A stretch of DNA of 49,611 nucleotides from Actinomycetota bacterium (GTDB lineage Bacteria > Actinomycetota > Acidimicrobiia > Acidimicrobiales > CADCSY01). The position numbers were made by a program, and so were the translations under genes. Numbering within the stretch: position 1 is the first letter of the stretch; the number at the start of each line of letters is the position of its first letter. Of this stretch, positions 9,349 to 18,257 are shown piece by piece. The notes under the pieces were generated by a model. That model was not told where the DNA came from. It made no database searches and saw only the letters and a list, made by a program, of their open reading frames with translations. The stretch lies in the NCBI GenBank assembly GCA_019348555.1, contig JAHWJH010000002.1:1-49611 (forward strand). The letters are read 5' to 3'.

Positions 9349-9798
9349 ATGAGGTCCGTTCTCCGCCTGCTGCTGGCCGTCGTCGTCATCGGCGCCCTGC
9401 AGTCGTCGTCAGTGGGAGTTGCCACGGCGGCCCGCGTCTCCGTCGAAGAGCAGTTCGCGTCCGCGGTCAACGGGGAGCGGGCGAAGTACGGCCTGGCCCC
9501 CCTCACCGTGAACCTCCAGCTGCAGAGCGTGGCGTCCGACTGGACCGACTCCATGGCGACGCGGTGCCCGACCGGCCTGGCCCACAACCCCAGCTTGGAG
9601 ACCGACGTGCCTGCGGGTTGGCGCAGCCTCGGCGAGAACGTCGCCTGCGGCGGATCGGTCAAGGAGCTCACCAACGCCTTCCTGGAGTCGCCGCTGCACC
9701 GGGCCAACATCCTCGGCGACTTCGACTCGATGGGGATCGGCGTGACCGGCGACCGCGCATCGCTGTGGGTCACCCAGATCTTCGCCGCCTACTTCTGA
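9349..9798 (+). CDS. Secreted CAP/SCP-domain protein
   Basis: The ATG at 9349 (MRSVLRLLLAVVVIGAL) gives a signal peptide. NGERAKYGLAPL, HNP, GENVA and SPLHRANIL match the CAP (PR-1/YkwD-like) domain. Confidence 0.75.
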   Translation: MRSVLRLLLAVVVIGALQSSSVGVATAARVSVEEQFASAVNGERAKYGLAPLTVNLQLQSVASDWTDSMATRCPTGLAHNPSLETDVPAGWRSLGENVACGGSVKELTNAFLESPLHRANILGDFDSMGIGVTGDRASLWVTQIFAAYF

Positions 9799-9862
9799 GC
9801 GCAACGTCGGCGCTCGGGGTCGGGAGCGTGCGCTGATCGAGCGCCGCGGGCGCCTGGGCTTC

Positions 9863-11029
9863 GTGCCGCCCCGGTTCGGTGCCGACATCGTGGGAGGCGC
9901 CGAGCTGGTGATCGCCGAGCTCTCCCGGGGCCTGGCCGACCGGGGATGGGAGGTCGAGGTCCTCACCACCTGCGCACGCGACCACTTCACGTGGGCGAAC
10001 GAGTACCCCGCCGGCGTGGATGAGGTCGACGGGATCACGGTGCGCCGCTTCCCGACCGTCGCCCCGGCCGCTCCCGAGGAGCGGGCGGAGCTGGAGTCCG
10101 CCATCCTCGCCGGCGCACGCCTTCCGCTGGGCGACCAGCAGCGGTGGATGAACGCGGGCGTCCGGGTCCCCGAGCTCTACCACCACCTGCTCGACCACGC
10201 TCGGGAGTTCCGGGCACTGGTGGTGTCGCCCTACCTCTTCTGGACGACCTTCGCCTGCGGCCAGATCGCCCCGGAGCGGACCATCCTGCGCCCCTGCCTC
10301 CACGACGAGCCCTTCGCCGCCCTCGAGCTCTTCCAGCCGCTGTTCACCGGGGCGGCGGGTATCTGGCTCCAGACCGACCCCGAGCACGAGCTGGCCCACC
10401 GGCTCTTCCCGCTCGGCGAGCGCCACCGGGTGGTGGGCGAGGGCATCCCCACCGACAAGTGCTACGACGCCGAGCGCTTCCGGCGCCGTCACGGCATCGA
10501 CGGGCCCTTCGTGCTCTACGCCGGTCGCCGGGAGGGGGCCAAGGGTTGGGAGGGCCTGCTCGACTGCTTCGCCCGCGCCGTCGTGGGGCGGGGCCTCGAC
10601 CTGTCGCTGGTCACCATGGGCGTGGGAGAGGTACGGCCTCCTGCCGACGTCGCCGACCGGGTCATCGACCTCGGCTTCCTCGACGACGCCGATCGTGACG
10701 ATGCCTTCGCCGCCGCCGCCGCCTACGTGCAGCCGTCCCGCTACGAGAGCTTCTCCCGCACGGTCATGGAGGCCTGGCTGGCCGGCACCCTGGTGGTGGC
10801 CAACGGCGCCAGCGCGGTGGTGCGCTGGCACTGCGACCGCTCCGATGCCGGGCTGGTGTACGAGGACGACCTGGAGCTGGAGCAGTGCCTGGCCTTCGTC
10901 GCCGAGCGACCCGGGGAGGCGGCGCGTCTGGCGGCACCGGGGCGCCAGTACGTGCTCGACCACTACACCTGGCCGGCGATCCTCGACCGCGTCGAGGCGA
11001 CGTTGGAGGAGTGGACGTGCGCGTCCTGA
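9863..11029 (+). CDS. Glycosyltransferase family 4
   Basis: 388 aa, GTG start. FGADIVGGAELVIAELSRGLADRGWEVEVLT (N-terminal GT4 motif) and AAYVQPSRYESFSRTVMEAWLAGTLVV (E-x7-E region). Confidence 0.8.
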   Translation: MPPRFGADIVGGAELVIAELSRGLADRGWEVEVLTTCARDHFTWANEYPAGVDEVDGITVRRFPTVAPAAPEERAELESAILAGARLPLGDQQRWMNAGVRVPELYHHLLDHAREFRALVVSPYLFWTTFACGQIAPERTILRPCLHDEPFAALELFQPLFTGAAGIWLQTDPEHELAHRLFPLGERHRVVGEGIPTDKCYDAERFRRRHGIDGPFVLYAGRREGAKGWEGLLDCFARAVVGRGLDLSLVTMGVGEVRPPADVADRVIDLGFLDDADRDDAFAAAAAYVQPSRYESFSRTVMEAWLAGTLVVANGASAVVRWHCDRSDAGLVYEDDLELEQCLAFVAERPGEAARLAAPGRQYVLDHYTWPAILDRVEATLEEWTCAS

Positions 11030-12393
11030 TGGTGAGCCCGTACCCGCCGGTGCGCGACGGGATCGCCGCCTACGCCGTGCAGGAGGTGGCCCGGCTGCGC
11101 CGGGAGGGCCACGACGTGGAGGTGCTGTCGCCGGGACCGTCGGCCGCCCACCACCACCTCGACCTGGTCGCCCGCCGGGGCCCGGTGGCCCTCGCCGCGC
11201 GGATGCGGGCCTTCGACCGGGTCATCGTGCAGTTCCACCCGGACGTCTTCTATCCCGCCGGGGCCACCACCGGGCGCCACGTCGCGACCAGCCTGGCCCT
11301 GTCGGCCGCCTTCGCCGCCGCCGCTGCCGCCGGAGGCGACGTGGAGGTGCGGGTGCACGAGGCCGACTACACGCTCTCGCCCCGCTCCCCCCGGGCGATG
11401 GCCATGGGGCTCATGTGGCGCCAGGTGCGACGGGTCGTCGTCCACACCGAGGCGGAGCGGGCGTCGTTCGCCGCAACCTTCGGTCTCGACCCGGCCAAGG
11501 TCGCCGTGGCCGCCCACGGGTCGCACTTCTCGGCCCGTACCACGCTCGACCGGGCCGGCGCCCGCCGGCGCCTGGGCCTGCCCGACGACGAGGTCGTCTT
11601 CCTGTCGATCGGGTTCATCCAGCCCCACAAGGGCTTCGACCGGGCGGTGCGGGCCTTCGCCCGCACGCCGTACATGGGGGCGCGCCTCGAGGTGGTCGGC
11701 TCGGTGCGGGTGGAGGAGCCGGAGTACCTCGACCACCTCGACGAGTTGCGGGCGCTGGTGGCCGCCACCCCGGGCGTGGAGCTGCGGGAGGGGTACCTGA
11801 GCGACGAGGCCTTCGACGTGTGGCTGGTGGCCGCCGACGTGGTGGTGCTGCCCTACCGCCACATCTGGTCGTCGGGGGTGATGGAGCGCGCCGCCATGTT
11901 CGACCGCCCGGTGATCGCCAGCCGCGTGGGTGGACTGGCCGCCCAGGCAGCGCCGGGCACCGTCCTCGTCGACGACGACGACGAGCTGGCGGCCGCCATG
12001 CGGGCGGCGATGCGCACGCCGCGCCCCGACCTGGCCAGCATGGCGGAGTCCCACGGGGACGACGGCTGGCCCGCCCCAGGGGCCAGCCGGGCCGAGGTCA
12101 TGGCGACGATCAAGGCCCGGGCCGGCACGCGGCGCCGGGTGCAGGCCAGCGAGGACGGCCTCGGCGCGGCGGTGACCTCGATGGCCACGTCGTCGCCGGC
12201 ATCGCCGCTCGCCCGGGTGCGGCCACTCGTCCTGCCGGTCCCGGCCGGTCCGGCGTCGCGGCGACTGGTCAAGCGACTGGCCCGCCGGCTCACCGCCTGG
12301 CAGGTCGACCCCATCGTCGCCCATGTCAACCGGCTCCACCGCGCCACCCTCGAGGCGCTGTCCTCGCCGGGACGGACCCCCGACGGCGGGTGA
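11017..12393 (+). CDS. Glycosyltransferase family 4 with a C-terminal extension of about 100 aa
   Basis: The GTG at 11017 lies 6 nt after GGAGGAG and overlaps the previous gene by 13 nt. VRVLMVSPYPPVRDGIAAY, FLSIGFIQPHKGFD, VVVLPYRHIWSSGVMERAAMFDRPVI. The tail contains LVKRLARRLTAWQVDPIVAHVNRL. Confidence 0.75.
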   Translation: MRVLMVSPYPPVRDGIAAYAVQEVARLRREGHDVEVLSPGPSAAHHHLDLVARRGPVALAARMRAFDRVIVQFHPDVFYPAGATTGRHVATSLALSAAFAAAAAAGGDVEVRVHEADYTLSPRSPRAMAMGLMWRQVRRVVVHTEAERASFAATFGLDPAKVAVAAHGSHFSARTTLDRAGARRRLGLPDDEVVFLSIGFIQPHKGFDRAVRAFARTPYMGARLEVVGSVRVEEPEYLDHLDELRALVAATPGVELREGYLSDEAFDVWLVAADVVVLPYRHIWSSGVMERAAMFDRPVIASRVGGLAAQAAPGTVLVDDDDELAAAMRAAMRTPRPDLASMAESHGDDGWPAPGASRAEVMATIKARAGTRRRVQASEDGLGAAVTSMATSSPASPLARVRPLVLPVPAGPASRRLVKRLARRLTAWQVDPIVAHVNRLHRATLEALSSPGRTPDGG

Positions 12394-13562
12394 CCCGGCT
12401 GGAGCGCCCATCCCGGGGCCTGGCGGACGGTCGGATGCTGGTCCGGAGGCTGCGGGCGTCGCTGGTGGCGGTGGTGCTGGCGCTCTACCTCGTCTCACGG
12501 CTGGTGACGATGGTGGGAGCGGCGCTGGCCACGCTGGTGGTCCCCGGCACGACCATGGCGTCGGTGCTCACGCAGTGGGACGGGGATTGGTACGTCGAGG
12601 TGGTCAACGAGGGCTACCCCTCGTCGGTGGCGGTGGTCGACGGCAGGTTGGAGCAGAACACGACCGGGTTCTTCCCCGGGTACCCCCTGGTGGTCCGGGC
12701 GGCCAACCCGATCCTGCCCGGTGGGCCCGACCAGGCCGCCGTCCTCGTCGCCCTGGTGCTCGGGGCCACCGCCACCGCAGGAGTCGCCCTCCTCGCCCAG
12801 GCGCTCAGCGACCGGGCGACGGCCGAGCGGGCGGCGGCCCTGTTCTGCTTCTTCCCCGGCTCCATCGCGTTCTCGCTGGCCTACAGCGAGGGCCTGATGC
12901 TGACGGCGGGTGCCGGCTGCCTGCTGTTCCTCCACCGCCGTCAGTGGCTTGCCGCCGGCATCGCCGCCGCCGTGGCCAGCGCCGCTCGGCCGACCGGCAT
13001 CGTCCTCGCCGCCAGCTGCGCCTGGGCAGCGGCGATGGCCATCCGGAGCCGACGGGAGTGGCGGGCCTTGGTGGCGCCGCTGCTGGCGCCGGCGGGCATG
13101 GTGGCCTTCTTCACCTTCCTCTGGGCGCGCACCGGCGACGCTGGCTTCTGGCGGCGTACCTCCGAGGAGGCCTGGCGGGAGCGACGGGACTTCGGGGCGA
13201 ACACCCTCCAGGGGTTCTGGGACTTCCTCGTGTCCCCCTTCGACGACGCCGACCAGTTCGTGCTCGGGCTCAGCCTGCTCTTCGCCCTCGCCGCGGTGGG
13301 ATGTCTGGTACGAGCCCGCCTCCCGGGCTACGCCAACGTGTACGTCGCCGGCATGCTCGCCCTGCCGTTGCTGTCGGCGATCCTCGGCCCGCGGCCCCGC
13401 TTCGTCCTGGCCGCGTTCCCGTTGTTCATCGGCCTGGCCGCGGTGGCCAGGCACCGCGCCTTCGTCCCGCTGCTGGCCGCCAGCGCCGGGCTCCTGCCGT
13501 TGGTGCTCGTGTACTACACCTCCACCTTCGTCGCCGGAGCGGCGGGCACCGTGGCGCCCTGA
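12390..13562 (+). CDS. Polytopic membrane mannosyltransferase-like protein (PIG-V/GT76-like GT-C)
   Basis: Last 390 codons of track ORF 10695..13562. The GTG at 12390 overlaps the upstream stop (GTGA); an alternative ATG lies at 12435. QWDGDWYVEVVNEGY is the hallmark first-loop motif of the PIG-V-like family. About 9 hydrophobic helices. Confidence 0.65.
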   Translation: MTRLERPSRGLADGRMLVRRLRASLVAVVLALYLVSRLVTMVGAALATLVVPGTTMASVLTQWDGDWYVEVVNEGYPSSVAVVDGRLEQNTTGFFPGYPLVVRAANPILPGGPDQAAVLVALVLGATATAGVALLAQALSDRATAERAAALFCFFPGSIAFSLAYSEGLMLTAGAGCLLFLHRRQWLAAGIAAAVASAARPTGIVLAASCAWAAAMAIRSRREWRALVAPLLAPAGMVAFFTFLWARTGDAGFWRRTSEEAWRERRDFGANTLQGFWDFLVSPFDDADQFVLGLSLLFALAAVGCLVRARLPGYANVYVAGMLALPLLSAILGPRPRFVLAAFPLFIGLAAVARHRAFVPLLAASAGLLPLVLVYYTSTFVAGAAGTVAP

Positions 13563-13577
13563 CCGTACGCTGAGCGC

Positions 13578-14351
13578 ATGCGACCCTCACGAGCGTTGAT
13601 CACCGGTGCTTCCAGCGGCATCGGGGAGTGCTTCGCCCGTCGCCTCGCGGCTGGGGGCGCCGACGTGGTGCTGGTGGCCCGCCGGGCCGACCGGCTCGAA
13701 GCGCTGGCCGATGACCTGCGCACACTTGGTGTCTCGGTCGAGGTGCTCGCCGCCGACCTCCAGCGGGAGCCGGGCCGATGCGAGGTGGCCGAGCGGTTGA
13801 CGGCCACCGAGGCGCCGGTCGACGTGCTGGTGAACAACGCCGGGTTCGGGACCTCCGGCACCTTCGCCGACCTGCCGGTCGACCGCGAGCTCGAGATGGT
13901 GGAGCTGAACGTGGTCGCCGTGGTCCAGCTCACCTCCGCCGCCCTGGGCGCGATGGCCGCCGCAGGAGGCGGGGCCATCGTCAACGTGGCGTCGCTGGCC
14001 GCCTTCCAGCCGTTGGCCAAGTCGGCCACCTACGCGGCGAGCAAGGCGTTCGTGCTCAGCTTCACCGAGGCGGTGGCCCACGAGTCGCGGGGTTCGGGGG
14101 TGTGGCTCCAGGCGCTGTGCCCGGGTTTCACCCGCACCGAGTTCCACGACGTCAACGACTTCAACGCGAGCCGGCTCCCGGGCTTCGTCTGGCAGAGCGC
14201 CGAGCAGGTGGTCGACACCTCGCTGGCCGCCCTCGGCAGCTCGAAGGTCGTGGTGGTGCCCGGGTTGGTCAACCGTCTCGCCGCCACCTCGGCCACTCTG
14301 GCGCCTCGGGGGCTGGTCCGCCGGGTGGCGTCGGTCGCCGTCCGGCGCTGA
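13578..14351 (+). CDS. SDR family NAD(P)-dependent oxidoreductase
   Basis: 257 aa. TGASSGIG (cofactor motif), NNAG and YAASKA (catalytic Y-x3-K). Confidence 0.85.
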   Translation: MRPSRALITGASSGIGECFARRLAAGGADVVLVARRADRLEALADDLRTLGVSVEVLAADLQREPGRCEVAERLTATEAPVDVLVNNAGFGTSGTFADLPVDRELEMVELNVVAVVQLTSAALGAMAAAGGGAIVNVASLAAFQPLAKSATYAASKAFVLSFTEAVAHESRGSGVWLQALCPGFTRTEFHDVNDFNASRLPGFVWQSAEQVVDTSLAALGSSKVVVVPGLVNRLAATSATLAPRGLVRRVASVAVRR

Positions 14352-14363
14352 GGTTCGCCCCCG

Positions 14364-15836
14364 TCACCCGGTGCCGGCGCCGCCGGGGGTGAGGGCATAG
14401 ACCCGGATCCCCGCCCGGTCGAAGACGAGTCTGGCGCCGGTCTGGCGCACGATGCGCTCGAGGGCCTCGGCGCGGCCCGGGTCCCACTGGGCGCGGTCGA
14501 CGGTGTCGACGAGCAGGTAGTCGACCTCGGCCCGGCGCACCTCGACGGGGATGGGATCGTTGCTCGCTTCGTAGCGCTCCCAGGGGCTGGGGAAGTTGTA
14601 GAGCGTCCGGCGCTCGGCCACCAGCGGCCACATCCGGTCCGTTCCTGACACGGCGGCGTCCGGGGGGATGAGCTCGGCGGCCGCCAACCGGGCCTGGTCG
14701 ACGCCGTCGCGGCTGCGCATGCCCCAGGGGCGGGTGAGCACCGAGTCGTTGGCCAGGGCGGTGTGGCTGACCACGGCTGCCGCCGCCAGCGCCACCGCCG
14801 GCGCCCACGACGGCAGGGTCTTCCGGCGTGGCGCCCACCAGGCGCAGACCTTGGGCAGCGCCATGGTGGTGGCGACGAACACCATGGCGATGGCCGACAC
14901 GGTGTACTGCGCCTCGATGGTGTGGGCGGTCGCCCGTGACGACAGGAGGTAGAGGATCTCCAGGGGCACCACCGGAAGCAGGTAGGAGGGGGCGAGCAGC
15001 GGGAGGAACAGGACCGGGGCGAGCATGGCCGCCACGAAGAAGGCGTTCTGGGCGGTGAAGAGGTCCCCGAGCACCGCCACCGGGTCGCCGGCCATGGTGA
15101 CGACGATCTCGCCGATGCCGTCGCCGTAGCGCTCGAGGAACGCTGCCTGCACGAAGGTCCCGGCGAAGTGGGGTTGGATCACCTGGGTGGTGAGGACCAG
15201 CCAGGCGAACCCGGCGGCCATGGTGACCACCCCGGCGCGGCGACGGCCCTGGAGGGCCAGCAGCACACCGAGGAACAGGACCACCAGCGAGATGTCCTCC
15301 CGGCACGCCAGCGCCAGCGCCACGCAGCCGGCGTAGGGCCACCAGCGGTCGGTGAGGGCGAACAGCACGGCACCGAGGAGAGCGGGCACGGCCACCACCT
15401 CGGGGTGGAAGTCGAAGAAGTTGACGTTGTGGAGTGCTGGGTAGGCGGCGTAGGCGACGCACAGCCCGGCGGCGGCAGGCACGCCCAGACCGGCCACCCG
15501 CCGTGCCAGGGCCCACAGGGGCACGATGCCGGCCGCCAGGGCAGCGGCCTGCACGGCGAGCAGCGTCGGCACGGTGGGGAGCACCCACGTGAGCCAGGCC
15601 ATGGGATAGAAGATCGGGTAGGCGTGGTCACCGAGGAGGTGCAGCCCGCGGATGGTGACGAAGGGGGCCTCACCGGAGCTGATCAGCCACGCCGCCTGGC
15701 TGAACGTGGCCAGGTCGTAGCCGCCGAGGAGGGTGTACGCCCGCAGCATGGCCACCAGGTACAGCCAGGCGAAGGTGGCTCCCGCCAGGGCCAGGGGCAG
15801 CGCCCACTCCCGCCCCCGCGGCGGGGCGTCGGTCAC
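14364..15836 (-). CDS. DUF2079-family polytopic membrane protein (putative GT-C glycosyltransferase)
   Basis: The GTG at 15836 overlaps the rmlD stop (GTGA); the track ORF start at 15860 would overlap rmlD by 28 nt. GGYDLATFSQAAW, FFDFHPE, many helices and a soluble C-terminal domain are typical of DUF2079. Confidence 0.7.
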   Translation of the reverse strand: MTDAPPRGREWALPLALAGATFAWLYLVAMLRAYTLLGGYDLATFSQAAWLISSGEAPFVTIRGLHLLGDHAYPIFYPMAWLTWVLPTVPTLLAVQAAALAAGIVPLWALARRVAGLGVPAAAGLCVAYAAYPALHNVNFFDFHPEVVAVPALLGAVLFALTDRWWPYAGCVALALACREDISLVVLFLGVLLALQGRRRAGVVTMAAGFAWLVLTTQVIQPHFAGTFVQAAFLERYGDGIGEIVVTMAGDPVAVLGDLFTAQNAFFVAAMLAPVLFLPLLAPSYLLPVVPLEILYLLSSRATAHTIEAQYTVSAIAMVFVATTMALPKVCAWWAPRRKTLPSWAPAVALAAAAVVSHTALANDSVLTRPWGMRSRDGVDQARLAAAELIPPDAAVSGTDRMWPLVAERRTLYNFPSPWERYEASNDPIPVEVRRAEVDYLLVDTVDRAQWDPGRAEALERIVRQTGARLVFDRAGIRVYALTPGGAGTG

Positions 15837-16678
15837 CGGTCGTAGACGATGTCGTCGCACAGCCGAGGCAGCGACTCGCGCCAGTGGGGGAGCAGGGCGA
15901 TGCCCTCCCGGCGCAGGGCGGCGTTGTCGAGCACCGAGTTGGCCGGTCGGGGCGCCCGCCTCGGCGGGTCGAGCTCGGCGGCGGAGATGGGCTTGATCCG
16001 CTCCGGGCCGAGGCGCAGCGACTCCATCGTGGCCCGGGCCAGCTCGAACCAGGTGGCCGCACCCTGGTTGGTCACGTGGAAGACGCCGCCGAGGCGGGCC
16101 TCGGTCAGCTCCAACACCTTGGCGGCGAGGTCAGAGGCGATGGTGGGCGAGCCCCGCTGGTCGTCGACGAAGGGCAGGAACAAGCTGGACTGGGCGATGA
16201 GATAGGTGATGATGCTGGGCCCGTGTCGGGGGATGATCCAGGCGGTGCGGACCAGCGTGTCGTCGGGGCGCAGCGCACGCTCACCCAGGAGCTTCGACCA
16301 CCCGTAGACCGACAGCGGGTTGGCCTCGTCGTCTTCGACGTAGGGGTCGGGCTTGCGACCGTCGAAGACGTAGTCGGTGGAGAGGTGGCAGACGTGGGCG
16401 CCGACCGCCTCGGCCGCCTCCACCAGGTGGACGACGGCGTGCCAGTTCACCCGCTCGGCGCGCTCGCGGTCGTCCTGGCAGGCGTCGACGTCGGTCCAGG
16501 CGGCGGCGTTGACCACGACGTCGGGCACCAGTGCGTGCAGGGCCTTCCACACGGCGGACCAGTCGGTCACGTCGAGGGTGGCCGAGGTGGTGGCGCTGAC
16601 CTGGTGGCCGGCGGCGGTGAACACCTTGACCAGCTCTCGGCCGACCCGGCCGGAGGCACCGGTGATCAGGACCCGCAT
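15833..16678 (-). CDS. rmlD: dTDP-4-dehydrorhamnose reductase
   Basis: Last 281 codons of track ORF 15833..17323. The ATG at 16678 shares one base with the rmlB TGA. MRVLITGASGRVG, NAAAWTDVD, STDYVFDG and YGWSK. Confidence 0.85.
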   Translation of the reverse strand: MRVLITGASGRVGRELVKVFTAAGHQVSATTSATLDVTDWSAVWKALHALVPDVVVNAAAWTDVDACQDDRERAERVNWHAVVHLVEAAEAVGAHVCHLSTDYVFDGRKPDPYVEDDEANPLSVYGWSKLLGERALRPDDTLVRTAWIIPRHGPSIITYLIAQSSLFLPFVDDQRGSPTIASDLAAKVLELTEARLGGVFHVTNQGAATWFELARATMESLRLGPERIKPISAAELDPPRRAPRPANSVLDNAALRREGIALLPHWRESLPRLCDDIVYDR

Positions 16679-17637
16679 CACGGTCGCCGGGCCAGCGGTT
16701 CCCACCACGCCCGGTTGGTCCGGTACCACGCCACCGTGTCGGCCAGGGCCTCGTCGAGGCCTCGGCGGGGCTCCCACCCGAGCGCCCGCACCTTGGTGGT
16801 GTCGACCGAGTACCGGCGGTCGTGCCCGAGGCGGTCGGGAACCCGCTCGACCATGGCGTCGTCGGCTCCGCACAGGGTCACCAGCCTCGACGTCAGATCG
16901 AGGTTGGTGAGCTCGTTGCCGGCGCCCACGTTGTAGATCTGCCCCGGCGCTCCCCGGCGCAGGAGCAGGTCGATGGCGGCGCAGTTGTCGTCGACATGGC
17001 ACCAGTCGCGCACGTTGGCGCCGTCGCCGTAGAGCGGGACCGGTCGACCGTCGAGGAGGTTGGTGACGAAGAGGGGGATGATCTTCTCGGGGAACTGGTA
17101 GGGGCCGAAGTTGTTCGACGAGCGGGTGACGACCACCTCCAGCCCGTAGGTGTGCGCGTAGGACAGGGCGATCAGGTCGGAGCCGGCCTTGGACGCCGAG
17201 TAGGGCGACGCCGGCGCCAGGCGGTCGGCCTCGGTGGAGGAGCCCTCGGCGATGGACCCGTACACCTCGTCGGTCGACACGTGCACCACCCTGTCCACAC
17301 CGAGGCGCTGCGCCACCGCGCACACCACGTTGGTGCCGCCGCAGTTGGTGCGCACGAACTCGTCGGGCGAGACGATGGAGCGGTCGACGTGCGACTCGGC
17401 AGCGAAGTGCACCACGGCGTCGTGGCCTGCCATGGCCTCAACCACCGCAGCGCGGTCGACGACGTCGCCCTTGACGAAGCGGTAGCGGGGATCGACATCC
17501 AGGCCGGCCAGGTTGGCGAGGTTGCCGGCGTAGGTGAGCGCGTCGAAGACGGTGACGGAGTCGGAGGATCGCGCCAGCACCCGGCGCACGAAGTTCGACC
17601 CGATGAACCCCGCCCCTCCGGTGACGAGGAGCTTCAC
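16678..17637 (-). CDS. rmlB: dTDP-glucose 4,6-dehydratase
   Basis: 319 aa. VTGGAGFIGSNF, HFAAESHVDRS, STDEVYG and YSASKA. GTG start. Confidence 0.9.
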   Translation of the reverse strand: MKLLVTGGAGFIGSNFVRRVLARSSDSVTVFDALTYAGNLANLAGLDVDPRYRFVKGDVVDRAAVVEAMAGHDAVVHFAAESHVDRSIVSPDEFVRTNCGGTNVVCAVAQRLGVDRVVHVSTDEVYGSIAEGSSTEADRLAPASPYSASKAGSDLIALSYAHTYGLEVVVTRSSNNFGPYQFPEKIIPLFVTNLLDGRPVPLYGDGANVRDWCHVDDNCAAIDLLLRRGAPGQIYNVGAGNELTNLDLTSRLVTLCGADDAMVERVPDRLGHDRRYSVDTTKVRALGWEPRRGLDEALADTVAWYRTNRAWWEPLARRP

Positions 17638-18203
17638 GCGTGCGGGCGCAGGCCGGCGTGGGGCCGGCGGGCGGGAGGCAGGTCGGCCCTCCGGGGATTG
17701 GCCTGGTCGCGAGTCGAGAGCATCGGTGCGCGCAGGCCCCAGTCGGCGCCGATCTCGGGGTCGTCCCAGGCCACGCCCAGCTCGTCGGCCGGGTTGTAGT
17801 AGCGGTCGACCAGATAGGTGATGGTGACGTCGGTGAGGGCGGCGAAGCCGTGCGCCACCCCGGGAGGGATGAACACCCCGCGATGGTCGCCGGCGGTGGC
17901 GTCGATGTCGAACGCGAGGGTGGCGCCGTCGGACGGCGAGCCGGTGCGCAGGTCGTGGAGCACCACCCGGGCGCTCCCGGCGGTCACGTACCAGTGGTCG
18001 GCCTGGTGGAGGTGGTAGTGGAGCCCGACCACCGAGCCGGCACCACGATCACCACGGTTGGCCTGCACCATCTCCAGGCCCGCCGGGAACCACTCCCGGC
18101 GGTAGGTCTCGACGAAGCATCCCCGCTCGTCGTGGTGGACCTTCGGCTCGACGACGTAGACGCCGGTGATGACGTCGGACTGTGTGATGCTGGCGGCGGC
18201 CAC
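17634..18203 (-). CDS. rmlC: dTDP-4-dehydrorhamnose 3,5-epimerase
   Basis: Last 189 codons of track ORF 17634..20450, with a GTG at 18203. The stop overlaps the rmlB GTG (GTGA). DERGCFVETY, GLHYH, GVAHGF and YNPADELGVAWDDP. Confidence 0.85.
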   Translation of the reverse strand: MAAASITQSDVITGVYVVEPKVHHDERGCFVETYRREWFPAGLEMVQANRGDRGAGSVVGLHYHLHQADHWYVTAGSARVVLHDLRTGSPSDGATLAFDIDATAGDHRGVFIPPGVAHGFAALTDVTITYLVDRYYNPADELGVAWDDPEIGADWGLRAPMLSTRDQANPRRADLPPARRPHAGLRPHA

Positions 18204-18257
18204 GGCCGGGCAAGCGTAGGCGGCTGACGGCGGGCCGGTCCTCGGGAGGCGACGAGC

